Assembly: GCA_003971905.1 (NCBI GenBank)
Contig: RSEE01000036.1
Coordinates: 248,001-312,000, forward strand
Length of the DNA stretch: 64,000 nt
Direction: 5' to 3'
Source of the DNA: Moniliella sp. 'wahieum'
Lineage: Eukaryota
Below, piece by piece: positions 12,176 through 25,177 of the stretch. The notes beneath the pieces were generated by a model. It saw nothing but the letters and a program-made list of their open reading frames with translations, did no database searches and was not told the origin of the DNA. Position 1 is the first letter of the stretch; every line of letters begins with the position of its first letter. Made by a program: the position numbers and the translations under genes.

Positions 12176-13036
12176 TTAGTTTGATGCACACGCACTAATC
12201 GAAGAACGTACCGGAGGAGAAGGCACGTTGCCCTGTGACACATAGGCCAGGACCAGGTTGCGGGTGAGGGGTGTGCCATGGACTTGAGGCACAACTGTAC
12301 CCAGTGCCACCCCATCGTGAGCAATAGTGACCGCTGTGGTAGCGCGATCCTTGAGTGCGACACGCTGGAAGAGAAGGTCGAGGGTGTGGCCCTTGTGGAT
12401 CTTTGTCCGTTTCGCAAACAGTGACTTGAACAGAGCCGAATCGCTTGCTGCCAGCTTCTCCTCGACCTCGTCCGGCTCGGATTCGGAAACAGGAAGAAGC
12501 TTGGCGCGTCCGGCTGCGGCACGCGTAAGCCCACCGTGAATATGGGAAAAGTCGGTTGTCCGTACGGGCACGATTCGGACTGCGAAGGGTACGCCAGCAT
12601 CCAGTAGCGTTCCCACCACCTCGTCCAAAGGAGCATCATCAGGCAGCTTGGCTGATTGAAGTACCTTGGTCGCCTGGGCAACGTTGGTGTAAAATCCAGC
12701 CACATATACTCTTACCCGGAGAAAGGTGACGGTGCGCACACCTGTTCCAAGCAAATCAAGTTCGCCCAAGGGGGCAGACTCGTTCGCATCGGTAGAGTCC
12801 GCTTTTATAAGGACGAACGCTTGGGGAAGGCCACACCGGTGGTCGGGTCAGAGAAAAAGTTATCACCGACATCCGTCCCCAGAAGTTCCGAGGAGCAGGC
12901 GCTTCGAGAGAGAGCGGCTGTCCCAGCCAGGTGTACAAGACCAAAGAAACAGCGGCCGCCGCAGCTGCGGTAGTGAAGGTAGTACGTGGACAGAAGTGGG
13001 CCGGCCAGCGGCGCGCGTGGAGGCGAAGGCCCGCAT
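12176..13036 (-). CDS. Chalcone-isomerase-fold mitochondrial protein (Aim18/Aim46 family)
   Basis: LLGTGVRTVTFLRVRVYVAGFY, AVRIVPVRTTDFSHIHGGLTRA, LVLAYVSQGNVPSPPVRSS; presequence-like MRAFASTRAAGR. Confidence 0.85.
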
Positions 13037-14336
13037 AGCGGTCTTGGGGTGTGGGCCATGACCACGGCTGGTCGCACAGCGGCGCGGACCGCGGGGAGCA
13101 CCCCGAGATGTGATGGGCAGCATGTCTGATGGATGTGGATGGGGCGATGGTGAGGCCGATGTTCGCTTGATGTTGCTCGACCCAGTTCTTGCCTTGCGCT
13201 GGAGTGGCAGCGGCAGGGTGATGCTGACAATTGGGCCACGATGCCGTGGGGCGTGAGCGTGAGCCTGCGAGCGAGATCGATGATCCACACAAAGCATTGC
13301 GGAATGCAACTTTCCATTTCAATTGCATCACAGCCAACGCAGCGCTGGCGGGCAGAGAAACAACAGAACACGCAGCTCTCGGCTGCCACCATCAACGAAG
13401 GAGTATATTCATCTCCACAGCGTCTGAGGGGCCTTGAGCTTCAAGCTCAACACACTCAAGCTTGGCTTTTCAATCCTTCCTTCAGAGCTCTTTCAACCAG
13501 CGGTTGAAGCTGCAAGCCAAGCGCCGCCAGCATCCTCATTTTGCCACTCCCCACCAGACGAAACGGCGGCACGCGTACAACCGCCCATCAGGCGAGTCGA
13601 GTGCACGCGGAGGGCTTCTTCCAATTGTCACAGCAATGCAAAATGTACCGGTATGGGCCTCCGTGTAGACTGTTGCGATATACCACCGCTATTGGTCCTT
13701 GTCACGGTCCCCGCGCGTAGTCGCTTGGTCTGCATCCTGCTTCTTCACCCGCCTCGCTCGCTGCTCGGCGAGTACTATAGTCATTGGGACGACGATTCTC
13801 AGGTAAAACACTTCCACTTCTGATTCGCTTAATCAATAGGACCCGCACAGCTGGATTTGCTTCTCTCGGTTCTGACAGGAAAACAGTCCCTCAATCAAGG
13901 AGGCCACACGCCGCCACACCTAGCCTGCATATCCTTCGATGGATCAAGGCCTTCATCACCTATATTCATGCCCATGAACCCGGGAGCTCCGAGGGAAACC
14001 CACCGCAGTCTCAGCGCTCACTGCTCACTATTGGCGCATCATGCAGGAAAGAGTGTTTCCTACCTGACTGGCACCCTTGACAATGAATCAGCCTCCCACT
14101 ACATCTGCCATCCGTCCGATGCTGGGACTGCTCCTTCCACCCCATCGCCTCCTACAGCCTAGTATATAGCTGCCGAAGTTGTCTCACCATCTTCCACCTC
14201 TTTCCTACCTTCTATGGCCCCTTGATCATAACTTGAGCCACAGCACGAGAACAATCTTATCCTCCAAAATCTCCAGCTGCTAGCCAGACTGCAGAATCAG
14301 GGTATGCAACAAAGCAAGAAGGTGCGATCAGACAGT

Positions 14337-14959
14337 TTACTTGGTGTGCACAATGCGCAACTTGCCGGGCGCATAGCTATAGTTTGCTGCATAGCTCTTG
14401 GGTGGGATACGCGAGACGTGAGGCTCTTGGACAAAGAAGGGCCATCCTGGATGGGTAAGAATGAGTTAGTGGATGAGCTCGCCGTAGGTGCCCTCTCCCA
14501 CCTAGCGGGGTGCGCTTGCGTACCTTGCTTTTCACAGAAATGGATAGCGTCCTCCTTCGTCTTGAACTTCATGCTGGTCCCTTGCATGTAATCGGCAGAG
14601 GAAGCCCAGCCCATCAACGGGTTCTCCCACCGGCCCGAGCCCTGAAGAATATCCCAGTCTACACGCCAGGTCGCGGTACCCGCCTTTCCCGACGTCGTGG
14701 CCGACTTGTTGGGGCGAAAGATGCGCACAGGCCGCTGCGCCAGCTCGGGCGGGGCGTCGCTGACCATGTCCGCGGTGTGGGCCTGGGCGAGACGCGCCTC
14801 CTGCTCCGCGGCCAGATCCCGGGAGCCCGTCTTGCCAGACACAGCGAGAGAGGTCTGTCCTGGACCGGCCTTGCCAATGAAGGAAGCGTGAGCACTGGTG
14901 CTGAGGCTGCGCACGGGCGTGCGCGCCAGAGGCGTCCTCAGGGCTGACGCAAACAACAT
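14337..14959 (-). CDS. NDUFS4: NADH:ubiquinone oxidoreductase NDUFS4-type subunit
   Basis: RPVRIFRPNKSATTSGK...WRVDWD...RWENPLMGWASSADYMQGTSMKFKTKEDAIHFCEKQG, intron about 14447-14523, then W...PKSYAANY...KLRIVHTK. Confidence 0.93.
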
Positions 14960-15406
14960 TGTGGGTGAGGCCTGAGGGCCAAGGCCGGATGTGGGCGTGC
15001 TGGGGGCGCTGTGGGCGAGGCAGGGCGCGTGATGTGCGGGGTGATGGGACAAACGCCCGCACTGTGCCCTGGTGCCCCAACCCATTTCTAAGCTGCAACA
15101 AGGTGACCAGGACGTGACGCTCCATTCCGCCCAGGCGGAACTATGCGTGCATGTTTTCAACAACAACCGGTACCTAAGCGGGGACGAGACGGCCTGCAGC
15201 GACGGCTTGCGTAAGTGCTCTGCAGTGCTGCGCAGGCTGAGGCAGAACGGCAGTCGCGATGCGTTTCGCCCCGCAAAGCGGGTTTGGTACTCTAGGTGAG
15301 CTTGGCGTTGGGCGGCTCCCACGGCATCACATTCTCAACGCCTGCTCCTGCCTGCCTTGCCCGCCTTGCCTCCTCCTCCTTCCCTTCGACCAGCAGTGCC
15401 GTGGAG

Positions 15407-16786
15407 ATGGGCGCCTACTCCGAGGTATCCAAGTGTGTCGCCATCGACAACACACCTGGCTCCATCTGCCAGCTTCAGCATGCGCCCTATCGCTACATCC
15501 CCACCCTCTGGGTCGGCGTCCTCTTTTCCTGCATCTATGCCGCCGCCTTCCTCACCCACCTCCTCTTCGCCATCTGGCCCGGCCGCTTCCAGCGCGGAGG
15601 CTTCATGCTCCTGGCCACCGTCTGCGCCGGCGAGCTGGCCGGCTGGGCTGCGCGCACCACGAGCCACTATGACTTTTTCAGCCGCACCCCTTACCTGTCC
15701 AGCTTATCTGCCTCATCATCAGCCCCATCTTTATCAGCGCGGCCAACTATGTGGCGCTGGAGCGCATTACGCTCTGTGTTGGTAATGAAATGGCCCGGCT
15801 GAGCCAAAGTTTACTTTATCATCTTCATCAGTGGCGACATCCTTTCGCTCGTTGTCCAGGCTGCCGGTGGTGCGATGAGCGCAACAGCAGCTACAAGCAA
15901 GGGTGTTCGCCATGGTCTGACATCGCCCTGGCGGAGTGATCATTCAAGTTCTTGTGACTGGGCCATTCCTCATGCTCTTCTTGGACTTCCACTATCGCCA
16001 TTATCGCGCTTGGAAAGAGGGCTTGAACCACGACCGCTGGACTAAGGGCACGATCCGCGTCTCCTGGGCAACTTTCATCTCACCATCTTCATTCTCTGTC
16101 GGTGCGCTTACCGTTGCGCAGAGATGAAGGAGGGTTGGGTTGGACGCCTGTCTACCACTGAAATTTGGTTCTGCATCTTTGATGGTGCTAGATCGCGGTA
16201 GCAATTTGGGTAAGCCACTCTCTTATGCCCCTGTACCCCTTGCACCGTACCTCGTCACGCCTTGGACTAACGTGAAAATATGCTTAGGTGTTCCTTTTTG
16301 CCCACCCGGGATTCTACCTTCCTTGCCATGGTCGGTCAGGGGACAGTACGTTCCAATGGAGGCCAAACCCGTACAGTGTCAAGCAGCAAACGTGGATCAT
16401 ACGGGTACTCCTCAGTTCCCTACGACGATTTCCCCACGTACGCCACAACATATGCGACGGGGGCCGAGAGCTACCACTCTGGGTCAGATACAGCAGCGTA
16501 CCCTCAGTCTAAATCGCGGCCAACGGTCACGTCTTATGACCGTACAAGAATGCAGCGCCCAACCGGTTCACGGAGCGCTACGCACCCGATCCTTATGACC
16601 GGTTTGATGACAAAGGGTACGACCGCTACCGCGAGAACTCGTACTCCTCGCCGGGCTGGACGACTATGGTGCGGATCCTTACAGCGATTACTACGATTCG
16701 AAGGACACCATGCTTATCGTTCTGCGGGTCGGAAAGCATCTCGAACCCAACGGGCGTCATACTATGACGACTACATTTACAGCTAA
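15407..16786 (+). CDS. RTA1-family multi-TM protein with a Tyr/Asp-rich C-terminal tail
   Basis: PYRYIPTLWVGVLF, GELAGWAAR, IISPIFISAANYVALERI, FISGDILSLVVQAAGGAM, RCAYRCAEMKEG, FCIFDG; intron near 16210-16288; end approximate. Confidence 0.85.
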
Positions 16787-16987
16787 GCTCATTGTGGACC
16801 TTTTTGTTTTCGTTTTACCCTTCCACCGCCCCCCTGATACGATTCGTCTCTGTTGCTCTGTTCTATCCTCACAATGACCGTTTCACGCGAAGTTTTTGAG
16901 GGGAGATTAAGGCCAGCCCGTTCAGCGTTCAGTGAAGTAGAGGCAACCCAAAAGAGGAAAAAAAGATAACATGATCATAACCAGAAC

Positions 16988-17933
16988 CTATACCCAGATT
17001 AACTCGCCGGTGTCACAGCTGCCGCCAGCATCAGCCAACACAGGCGCCCGCTCTTCATCCGTCGCGGTTGTGTTCCACCGCGGCTGCGGTACTTGGCATC
17101 GGCACTGGCTCGGACAAGCGCCAGGAGGAGTCAAGACGAAGAAAATAAGCGCCGACCAATGGATGAAGCGCGCTTTTTGTTGGTGCTCAGCAATGCCAGC
17201 AAACCTGCCGCAATTACCACAGCACCACCGCATCACCATTGCCGTAATACTACAGGAGGTCAGATGAGCTGCGGGAGAGAATGGATCAGCGAGGGTAGGT
17301 ACGTACAACGTAGCCGGCAGCCGTGGCTTAAGACAAAAGAGTGTGACAAAAGCCGCAACATCAGTAACGACCCCAGGCCTGTTTGTTGGCGTTGACCCCG
17401 ATGCTGAAAAAGCAGCGACAGCGAGGAGAAAGCATTGAAACCATGGTAGAGACTAAAAGGCCATTGAACAAAAAGGTCTCTCCCCAACTCGTGCGCGCGG
17501 GAGGGAGTAGTAGGGTCGTTCTTGGTCCGCTGCCGTGCGTCCCGATAAATGGCGGACACCCACCGCCGGCAGCCAGCAAAGCCAGAAGGCCAACACAAGA
17601 CAGACGGTGCGGGTGCTCGTTGTCGGGCGCGAGTTCCAGTAGGAATAGATGCTCACCAGTACGGCAAGGACGGGAAAGCGCCACCCGACCGTCTTGATCA
17701 CTGGGTCATAACCGGCATCGGTAAATTGGTACACCAGCATGCCCAGGAGTAAGGTGTGGATCAAGGGCCATGTGGCAAAAAGCCACGCAGCAGGAGTGAG
17801 GTACGTTTCGTGTGGGCCAGCCCCCCAGCCAGCATGACGCGGGACCAGAGCGGCATAGGCATTGGACGAAAAGAAAGCGCACAAAAGATACCACGTTGGC
17901 AGCCTGAGACCGAGACGATCCCACTTGTGACAT
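16988..17933 (-). CDS. Fungal multi-pass membrane protein (TspO/Trp-rich sensory-like)
   Basis: ETYLTPAAWLFATWPLIHTLLLGMLVYQF..GWRFPVL, LFVQWPFSLYHG, FIHWSALIFFVLT, C-terminal EERAPVL; frameshifted. Confidence 0.6.
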
Positions 17934-20501
17934 GCTGTGAGGCTGACGAAGAGGAAGAAAAAGAGGAGGAAGCAAGCGGGGGGAGAAAGAGGCGGTGGTG
18001 GCGCGGAACGAACGATAACGGGCGTGAGCTGGGCGAGCTGGCGAATGGGAAGCCAGGGTAAGGCCAAGCCTGAGCCTGGCCACCTGAGCGTTAATGTGGG
18101 CGCGGCGCTCAGCGATGATCGATGAGGCCTGAGGCCCATCGCTCATCGGCTCAACCACCTGCTTGGTGCAGCTCCATCGCCATCCCTATGACGTGCATGA
18201 CGTCAGCACGCGCTCACCGCCACCAACCCAGCCAATGCACAAAAACAAAGTTCACGGGCGAAACCAGAGATCGGTAGACGCGATGGCAAGGCACGCCTCT
18301 GAAAGTTGAAAAAGGTGTGATACGGCGTCACCCCTGTCACATGCCCTTTCGGCGCTGAGGCGCTGGGAGGCGCTTAGGCACTTTAGATGTCACTGTCACA
18401 CTGTACGTTCACTGTCACAGTTGTCACTGGTTCCCATGTCACATGTCGCGTGCCGCTCATGCGGCGTACTCTTCGTCCCCTCTCCATGTCCTCCCCAGCC
18501 ATCGAGGAGTCAATATTCATCTCTGCTCTCCACCACACCGTGTCTTGGTCTCATCTCCACCCACTGACTTTCGCGTGGCTCGTGCGGCCTATATAACGTT
18601 CAAGTGGAAACCCTACTATGAACCACAGCCAGCAGCATGCCGGGCGAGACGGGCTGGGACGAAACGGAGGAAGGGAGACGATTGACAATATTGACACCCC
18701 GCCAGGCATTATTGTGGCTGCTGTTCCCACGCCCCTGGCCAAAAGTGGCTCTCCTCCCGCCGCCATCGCTGAAGATGACAGAGGGTGTCATGCGCATGAC
18801 CCGAGTCAGATCTCAGAGCCGAATACGCTGCCCTGTGCCCTCTTCATTGAAAGCTCTCACAACACCGTGCGGCTGGAGAGCTTATTTCCTCGGTCGTCTC
18901 GCATTGGAGCAGTCTCATTCTCGAACCGCCCCTGCGCCTCCTCCACAAGTAGGGGTTGCGAACATAGCTTGCGCCCTGTGCACCCCCACTTGTGTTCGCC
19001 ACCCCTATAGAAAAGTACTCTTAAAAGACTGTGGCTCGGTCGTCGTTCGCTTTCCCATCTCCATCGCCCCACCACACCGCTACGCCAGCTCACTCTGGAC
19101 GCAATGTCCCCTCTCTCGTCCAATTTTAAAGGAACTGTGACCACACTTCATCCCCTTTCGCTGGCCGTTCGCGTTTATATGCCTGGCCGCGGTGTGCAGC
19201 ACCTTATCCAATGCTCGAATGACGGTCCAAAAGGGGTGGCACCTTCGTTGGAGGGATGGCTTTGCCGCCGATGGGTCAGCTATGCCCCCCCTTGCGCCTC
19301 GACCCATAAGGTCACTGCCCATGCCTGAGCCCGAACGTTGCACATTTCTCTCGTCAACCTGTCACTCTGACTCAACTTTGAGCAGCGATGAGCCACGGAG
19401 TTGACCCATTTTTAGCAAGTCTCTCCTTCCACCTACGTTAAGTAGGCCGAGACGGAGCAGAATGATGGCATTTTACCAAAGAGAACACGTCCTCTTGTGT
19501 GCGTGTCTGACGCGGTCCCAGTTTATCTCTGTTTCATGAGCCCCGGATCACACGAAAGGATCCTTCCAGCACACTAACCCTTTCACAGTGGGAAGGTAGA
19601 AGGCCATTCGGTTAAACGACCAGTGGGCCAACGAGTGTTGTACTAACAGATACGAGGTACGTTCCCATATTCTTGAATGTGGATTCAATCTTGATATTGG
19701 CGTCACGGCTGGGGAGAAAGGATAACGCTGACCAAACTTTTTCAACAGCTTCTTTTTCTCATCTTTTTACACTTTTTCGTTCCATGAGCCAACCAATTTA
19801 GCAGACACTTCTTTTCCATTTCACCTACCAGCACAAGTGTATAGCACCCCCCACCGTTTCATCATCTGCGCACACTTGCCATTCCTGAATTCATACGTTT
19901 GAGCGATTGCATTCCACCTTATACTGATGCGGGTGAATCCATAGTATCGTTTGCTCAACTTCATGTTCACTATGCTATAAAGGATGCCTTTCAGTATTGA
20001 GACTGAGTTCCGTTTATCGCTACTGTCTGGATGGTGGACACTGTGGTGATGCATCAATCATGCATCTTATGAACGTGCCAGCATGCATATGAGCATACGA
20101 ATCCCCCTGTCCTATATCCATAAAAGCTTCTGTTGCCAGCGGGGCTGTATTATGGATTGAACCATGTAACGAGAAAAGTAGGCTGAGACGAGAAATAGGA
20201 CATGCAACTCCATTCGCCTCTGGTATACATCGCCCACTTCACAAAAAGGTAGACGGATGCGTTGTAAAGCTTCTGAAGGGCCCAACAGTACATAGGAGAA
20301 GAGGCAGTGTGGGAGGGGGAATAGTCGCAATTGTGGCAATAGCATGCACCTGCCACCAAGCCGAAAAAATCAAGAAGGGGAACCAAAGAGTATATCCACA
20401 CTCAAGAAGTAAAGTAAAACACCTTCACGTGCTGGAAGCGCTGTTGAAGCACATATGGACGCAATGTGGTCTAGGCCAATGTGAGAGAAGAGGTGGGCTT
20501 C

Positions 20502-20983
20502 TCAGTACCCACCACTTCCTCCGCCTGGCTCGGCAAAGGATCCGAATTTGTTCTTGTGCTCGGCTTGCTTCTTGGCCCAAGTTTCGGCCCAGGGGGCATC
20601 GAGCTCTTCCTGGGTGAGCGCATGGGTCTTCTCATGGGTGGGTGTAGCCGCACCCGATGCCGGACCGGAACCCGGGGCGGGGCGCGAGGGGAAAGCAGAG
20701 CCCTTCTCGGACAGGTGGGAAATACGACGAATGAATCCTGGGCGTTCAGGATGCTCTTCGGAAGGCGTGCCAGGTGTACCAGGCGTACCAGGGCGCGAGG
20801 GCGTCTTAGACTCCTTTTGGTGGGAGAACTTGCGCAAGAACCCAGGACGGTCGGGATGATTCTGGTGCGAGATGCGGCGGAAGAATCCTGGGCGCTCGGG
20901 GGCAGGGGCGGCGGCGGCAGGCGCCCCGCCTCCTCGGGCACGGTCTCAGGGATAACTTCGGCAGCAGTGGGTTCGGCAGACAT
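20502..20983 (-). CDS. Small Pro-rich, disordered hypothetical protein
   Basis: MSAEPTAAEVIPETVPEEAG... joined to MRKFSHQKESKTPSRPGTPGTPGTP...APWAETWAKKQAEHKNKFGSF; TATTTAA upstream on the minus strand at about 21061-21067. Confidence 0.55.
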
Positions 20984-22179
20984 GGTGTGAGTCGTCAAGG
21001 CTATCCGAGTTGGCGGGCCCAAACGGAAGCGGGCGTGCTCGTGGGTCGGAAAGGAGGGGGTTAAATACGAGTGGTCGATGATCGAGATATCACCAGCCAG
21101 TGTCCAGGCACAGCGCCTGGCACAGCCAAAACAGGCGACAGTGGCTGTGAAGCCGAGGCGGCGGTTCGGCCCAAACGAGGGCGGAGAGGCCGCAGTGCAG
21201 TGCCAGGCAGTACCCCAGTGTCGTTACCTGTTAGTGGTCCCTCTCTCCTCGTCCTCTCCGGCTTGTCCCCACATCTCGGACCGTCTACACAGGGGCCGGG
21301 CGGGGGGAGGTAGTGGAGGCGTGGGGAGGCGCGGGGAGGCGCGAGGCCGCCCCAAGCTGTACTGCTGCCGGCTATACCCTGCCATGCACCATGTATCAGA
21401 GACACACTGCCGGAGGCACGTCTTTCATCGATGATGGATCGCTGATGGACCGATCAGCGTATCAATATCAACGCCTTGGGGGAGTGGCGGCATCCGCGTG
21501 GGTGGCGCGGGGCGGCACAAAGCGGCCCCTGCTCGTCCCATCGGGGGCAGTGTGGCGCGATGTATACGCGTCGCAGACAGGAACCGCGAACGAGCAGAGT
21601 GACGAATGACTAGTGCGGCAGAGAGCGACTGGGTCCTGGGCAGAGTAACGGAGTACTGAGGACACTGAGAACTGACTTTCCGCCTCGTTCATACGCTCAT
21701 CCCGCCGCCTCCAGATGCCCGTGCGGGGTCAAGGGGCGGTCACTGGTCACGCGGGTCACGGTCACTGGTCAAGCCACAAGCTCAAACAGATCCAGCACTG
21801 GCCAAGCTCGGAGATCGAGATCTGAGTTCTGTGATATGTCGCAGGCTACATGTGACATGTGACATGCGAGGCTGTGACGCGTGACGCCTGAGCGCCTGAG
21901 CGCCTGAGGCCTGAGCCCGCTAGCTTGATCGAACTTGAAGAGCTTGAAGAGCTTGAAGCCTGACGCGTGCATTTGGTCGATGGTCGGGTGATCGCGGGGA
22001 GAAGCACACAGGGACACAACCTGGCACAAAACGCCCCGCACCTACACACAGACGTACACGTTACACCCTCTCGTACATCGCGACCCTCACCTCAGGGCCT
22101 CAGGCCCCCCCCAGAGGTCCCCAAGGTCCTCAGGACTTCAGATCTAAGCCTCACATCTCAGGCTTATAGCGCTTAGGCC

Positions 22180-23490
22180 ATGGGCCTTAGGAGAGAGCCC
22201 CGCTGTTTCCTCGCCCACAAGGGTGTTTTGTCTTAAGAGGTGTGGACGGACCAGATTGAATATTGACGATCAAAGTCGATTACCGGCACATAAGCGTGGG
22301 CACAGGCTTTGGGCCAGTCTTAAAGCTCAAGGAGCTTTTAAGGAATTTAAGGGGCCTGACCGCCTTCTGGTTAGGCCTTGTTATTATAATAAGACTCGTG
22401 CGGCTCCGGTGTGGCCATCCACTTCGCCGCAGCCGCCGGACCAGATGAAACATTCCCGGTGGCATCCTTCGGAGGCATTTTGTTAGGAAACTCGCCCTGC
22501 GGTAGCCATCCTTTGTGTTTTCAACCAAGGATCAAGACCGGGTGACAAAAAGAAACGCTGATGAGGTCGATGAGGCATATATACTTCAAGATTTTTGTCT
22601 TTCACAGCTTTGGTATCCCCCCCTCACCAGTCAGCATATATTACTAGAAAGGTGTCATCATGTATACCAACAAAACGAGACCGGAAGATACCGTTATAGG
22701 GCAGGAACTGCTCAAAAAATTCGACGATTCGACGGTCGCAATGTGGCCGAGTACAGGAATCCACTCAACTACATACGGCTCTCCCCAATCCCATCAGCCC
22801 TGTGCCTCCGGATCACCGACGAGCAGGTTCAGGCTGTACACCCGCACCCAACAGTCCATTATTGCGTGAGGCGATGCGAGAAGCCATTCTCCAGCTCGTG
22901 CGCTCCATCCCCGACACCTACATCCACAATGAGCCGACTATGGAGGAGGAGGATGGGACGAGGCGTGGGATAAAGGCAAAAGCCGTATACTGACTACCAA
23001 GGGCTGGGACCTAGCTCATTCGGAAGTGCAGGAATGGAGGAAGACCATACGCGTTGCGGGACTCGGGAACGCGGCCAAATCGATGTCTTCATACCGACGG
23101 AGGATGCTACGCGAGAGCACCGCAACAAAAACGCCTTTGGAACCTCGGGAGAATAAATGATCTGCTTGCTTGGCTGTTGGAACAGTAGGCAGAATGCGAC
23201 AAGAAGGCCGAGTACCACAGGGTCGCGCTCAAGAACCCTTCCTCCTGTTGTGGTTATGACGACGCGAGGATACTACGGCACCAAGACGGCGGGCAAGATG
23301 TTTGCGCATTGGAAGGATTTGGCTACTAAGTCTCAGTGGAAATGGTTCCTCGCTCGGATGTCAATCACGTTCATACGTGTCCACACGCGCTTCCTAGGGT
23401 ACGGGACCGGATGGCGAGAACCGGAGGGTCCTGATATCCTGGCGATCCCCTTGGTTCCTTAACCTGGGTGGTGCTTCCAGGTAACCCCCG
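22180..23490 (+). mobile_element. Degenerate or 5'-truncated non-LTR retrotransposon fragment (CRE-like, restriction-like endonuclease C-terminus)
   Basis: Motifs across frames, in the expected order: FPVASFGG (LPxxxGG-like), FDDSTVA..CAS..H..C, LLREAMREAILQLV..IHNEP, KKAEY, PF.PVVMTTRG, MFAHWK..WFLARMSITFIR; no RT YxDD seen. Confidence 0.62.
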
Positions 23491-25177
23491 CAAGATGAAC
23501 GGTTCGGTTTAGACGTATAGCGTTCCCCCTGTCCCTCCAGCCTTAAGCTCTCTGTCAATGATATGAACCCATCAGCCCCGTTTGCTGAAGTGATATCATG
23601 GATCGAGTGCGTTCGGTGCCATTTATGACACTTTCCCTTGTGGTGTATATGGAGTGTGCGCTCTTATCAGAAACTTGGGAGAGGGAAGCACGCAGGGGGT
23701 ATTGTAATACGAGAGGATACACCTCTCTTTCTTTCCTTTTTGTGGAGGAAACGCACTACATGTCTTTGCCATATGTGCATCACATCTCTCTCGCATCTCA
23801 GATCTCAGATCTCAGAGAGCAAGCCTGTGTGTTCCACATCAAGCAGATATCCACTGGAAAGCCACATATACTTGTGTGGCTTGTGAGGTATTTGGTGCTC
23901 TCTGTGCCCATATACAAGAACTTATCGACGTCATCATCAGTCTCTCGTCATGATATTTGGATACGAGTATGATGTGTGTGTGATTCTATAGCCTGCGTCT
24001 CTCAAACGCTTCGCATATGACTATGTGTCACATCTGTGTTGCTACTATTCTGTCAAATAGAAGTACCATCTCTCTGCTACCTTCATAATTTGCCAATATT
24101 ATGCACCATGTGCATATGGCTCGCCGGAAAGGGTCATGACGGTACTGGAGTGCAAGGCAACCTTGCGATATGGTTTGTGTGGGGTCAAAATTGAGAGCGG
24201 GGTATAGAGGTAAGTATAATGATGTCAACCTAATGATGTTGACGTTCTCGCGCCCTCACACTGACTATAATCGGGTACCATAGTATAACGCGTGACGCAG
24301 TGTACTAAGGCTCATATATCCAACGAAGAGGCATCTCTCCACTATACATCGGGTGCATCAGGGGGGGTTAGGGACTGTTCTAAATGTTGGGCCAATCCAC
24401 ACAGGAGGATTAGCGCGAAAGGATTACCGCATGTTGTGTAGAGGACACAGGCATGCACATGCATCACACACGTTGCGGCCCAAGCACAGACGCACCTGTT
24501 GGCACACTAGCTACATGCAGAATGAGATGCGTTCATCGAGTTCACCAATTATAATCATCGATCGTCGACCATTGAACATTGACCCTCGCCTGCCGCCGTC
24601 AACGCGTCAATCATCGGGGCGTCGAAGGGAAACCCACGTTGGCTTGGCTTGACTAGTGAGTAACTAGTAACTGGTGGCTAGGTGATTTGGCTTGCGCCTG
24701 TACTGGAAAGGAGCAGCACACTATAGTTGTGTGGGCTGGCGCAGGCATTGAATATTGATGTCTTCTCAAGCTTCCGTTGAATGTTGAACATGGAATCGAG
24801 TATTCAATTCTCAGCACTGTCTCATCTACACCGCCCCAATCTCTGGTGGCTTATTTTGCGACGTTCAATATTTGGCGAGAGCTGATAGCCTGCAAGTACC
24901 GACCACCATCTCCCTGCTGCTGTGGGCTCCATGCTGTGCGCTGGCCGCCTGCCTCAGTGAAGTGCCAAACGCAGCTTGCCTGTGCTTCTAGGATCCCTGC
25001 CTGCATGCCCCCTCCGCCGCCGCCCCGGCCGGGACGGTCGCACATGTCGACGCCAAGCATCTTCCGCCCCCTTTTCCGGCCCGTTCTCATCCTGGCCGCA
25101 CACTTCTTTTTCTTTTTCTCGCTGCCCACATTGTACTGGCGCTGGGGACTCTCGTTCTTCGCGTCGCCATTCTTGCT

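Noticed and set aside
10912..14959. Functional cluster of mitochondrial genes (RRG7, AIM18-like, NDUFS4)
   Set aside because: Three neighbours from a large functional class is plausible by chance; no shared pathway evidence
5441..16786. Triterpene biosynthetic cluster around the oxidosqualene cyclase, with RTA1 as a resistance gene
   Set aside because: No P450, transferase or other tailoring enzyme nearby; the neighbours are ribosomal and mitochondrial housekeeping genes
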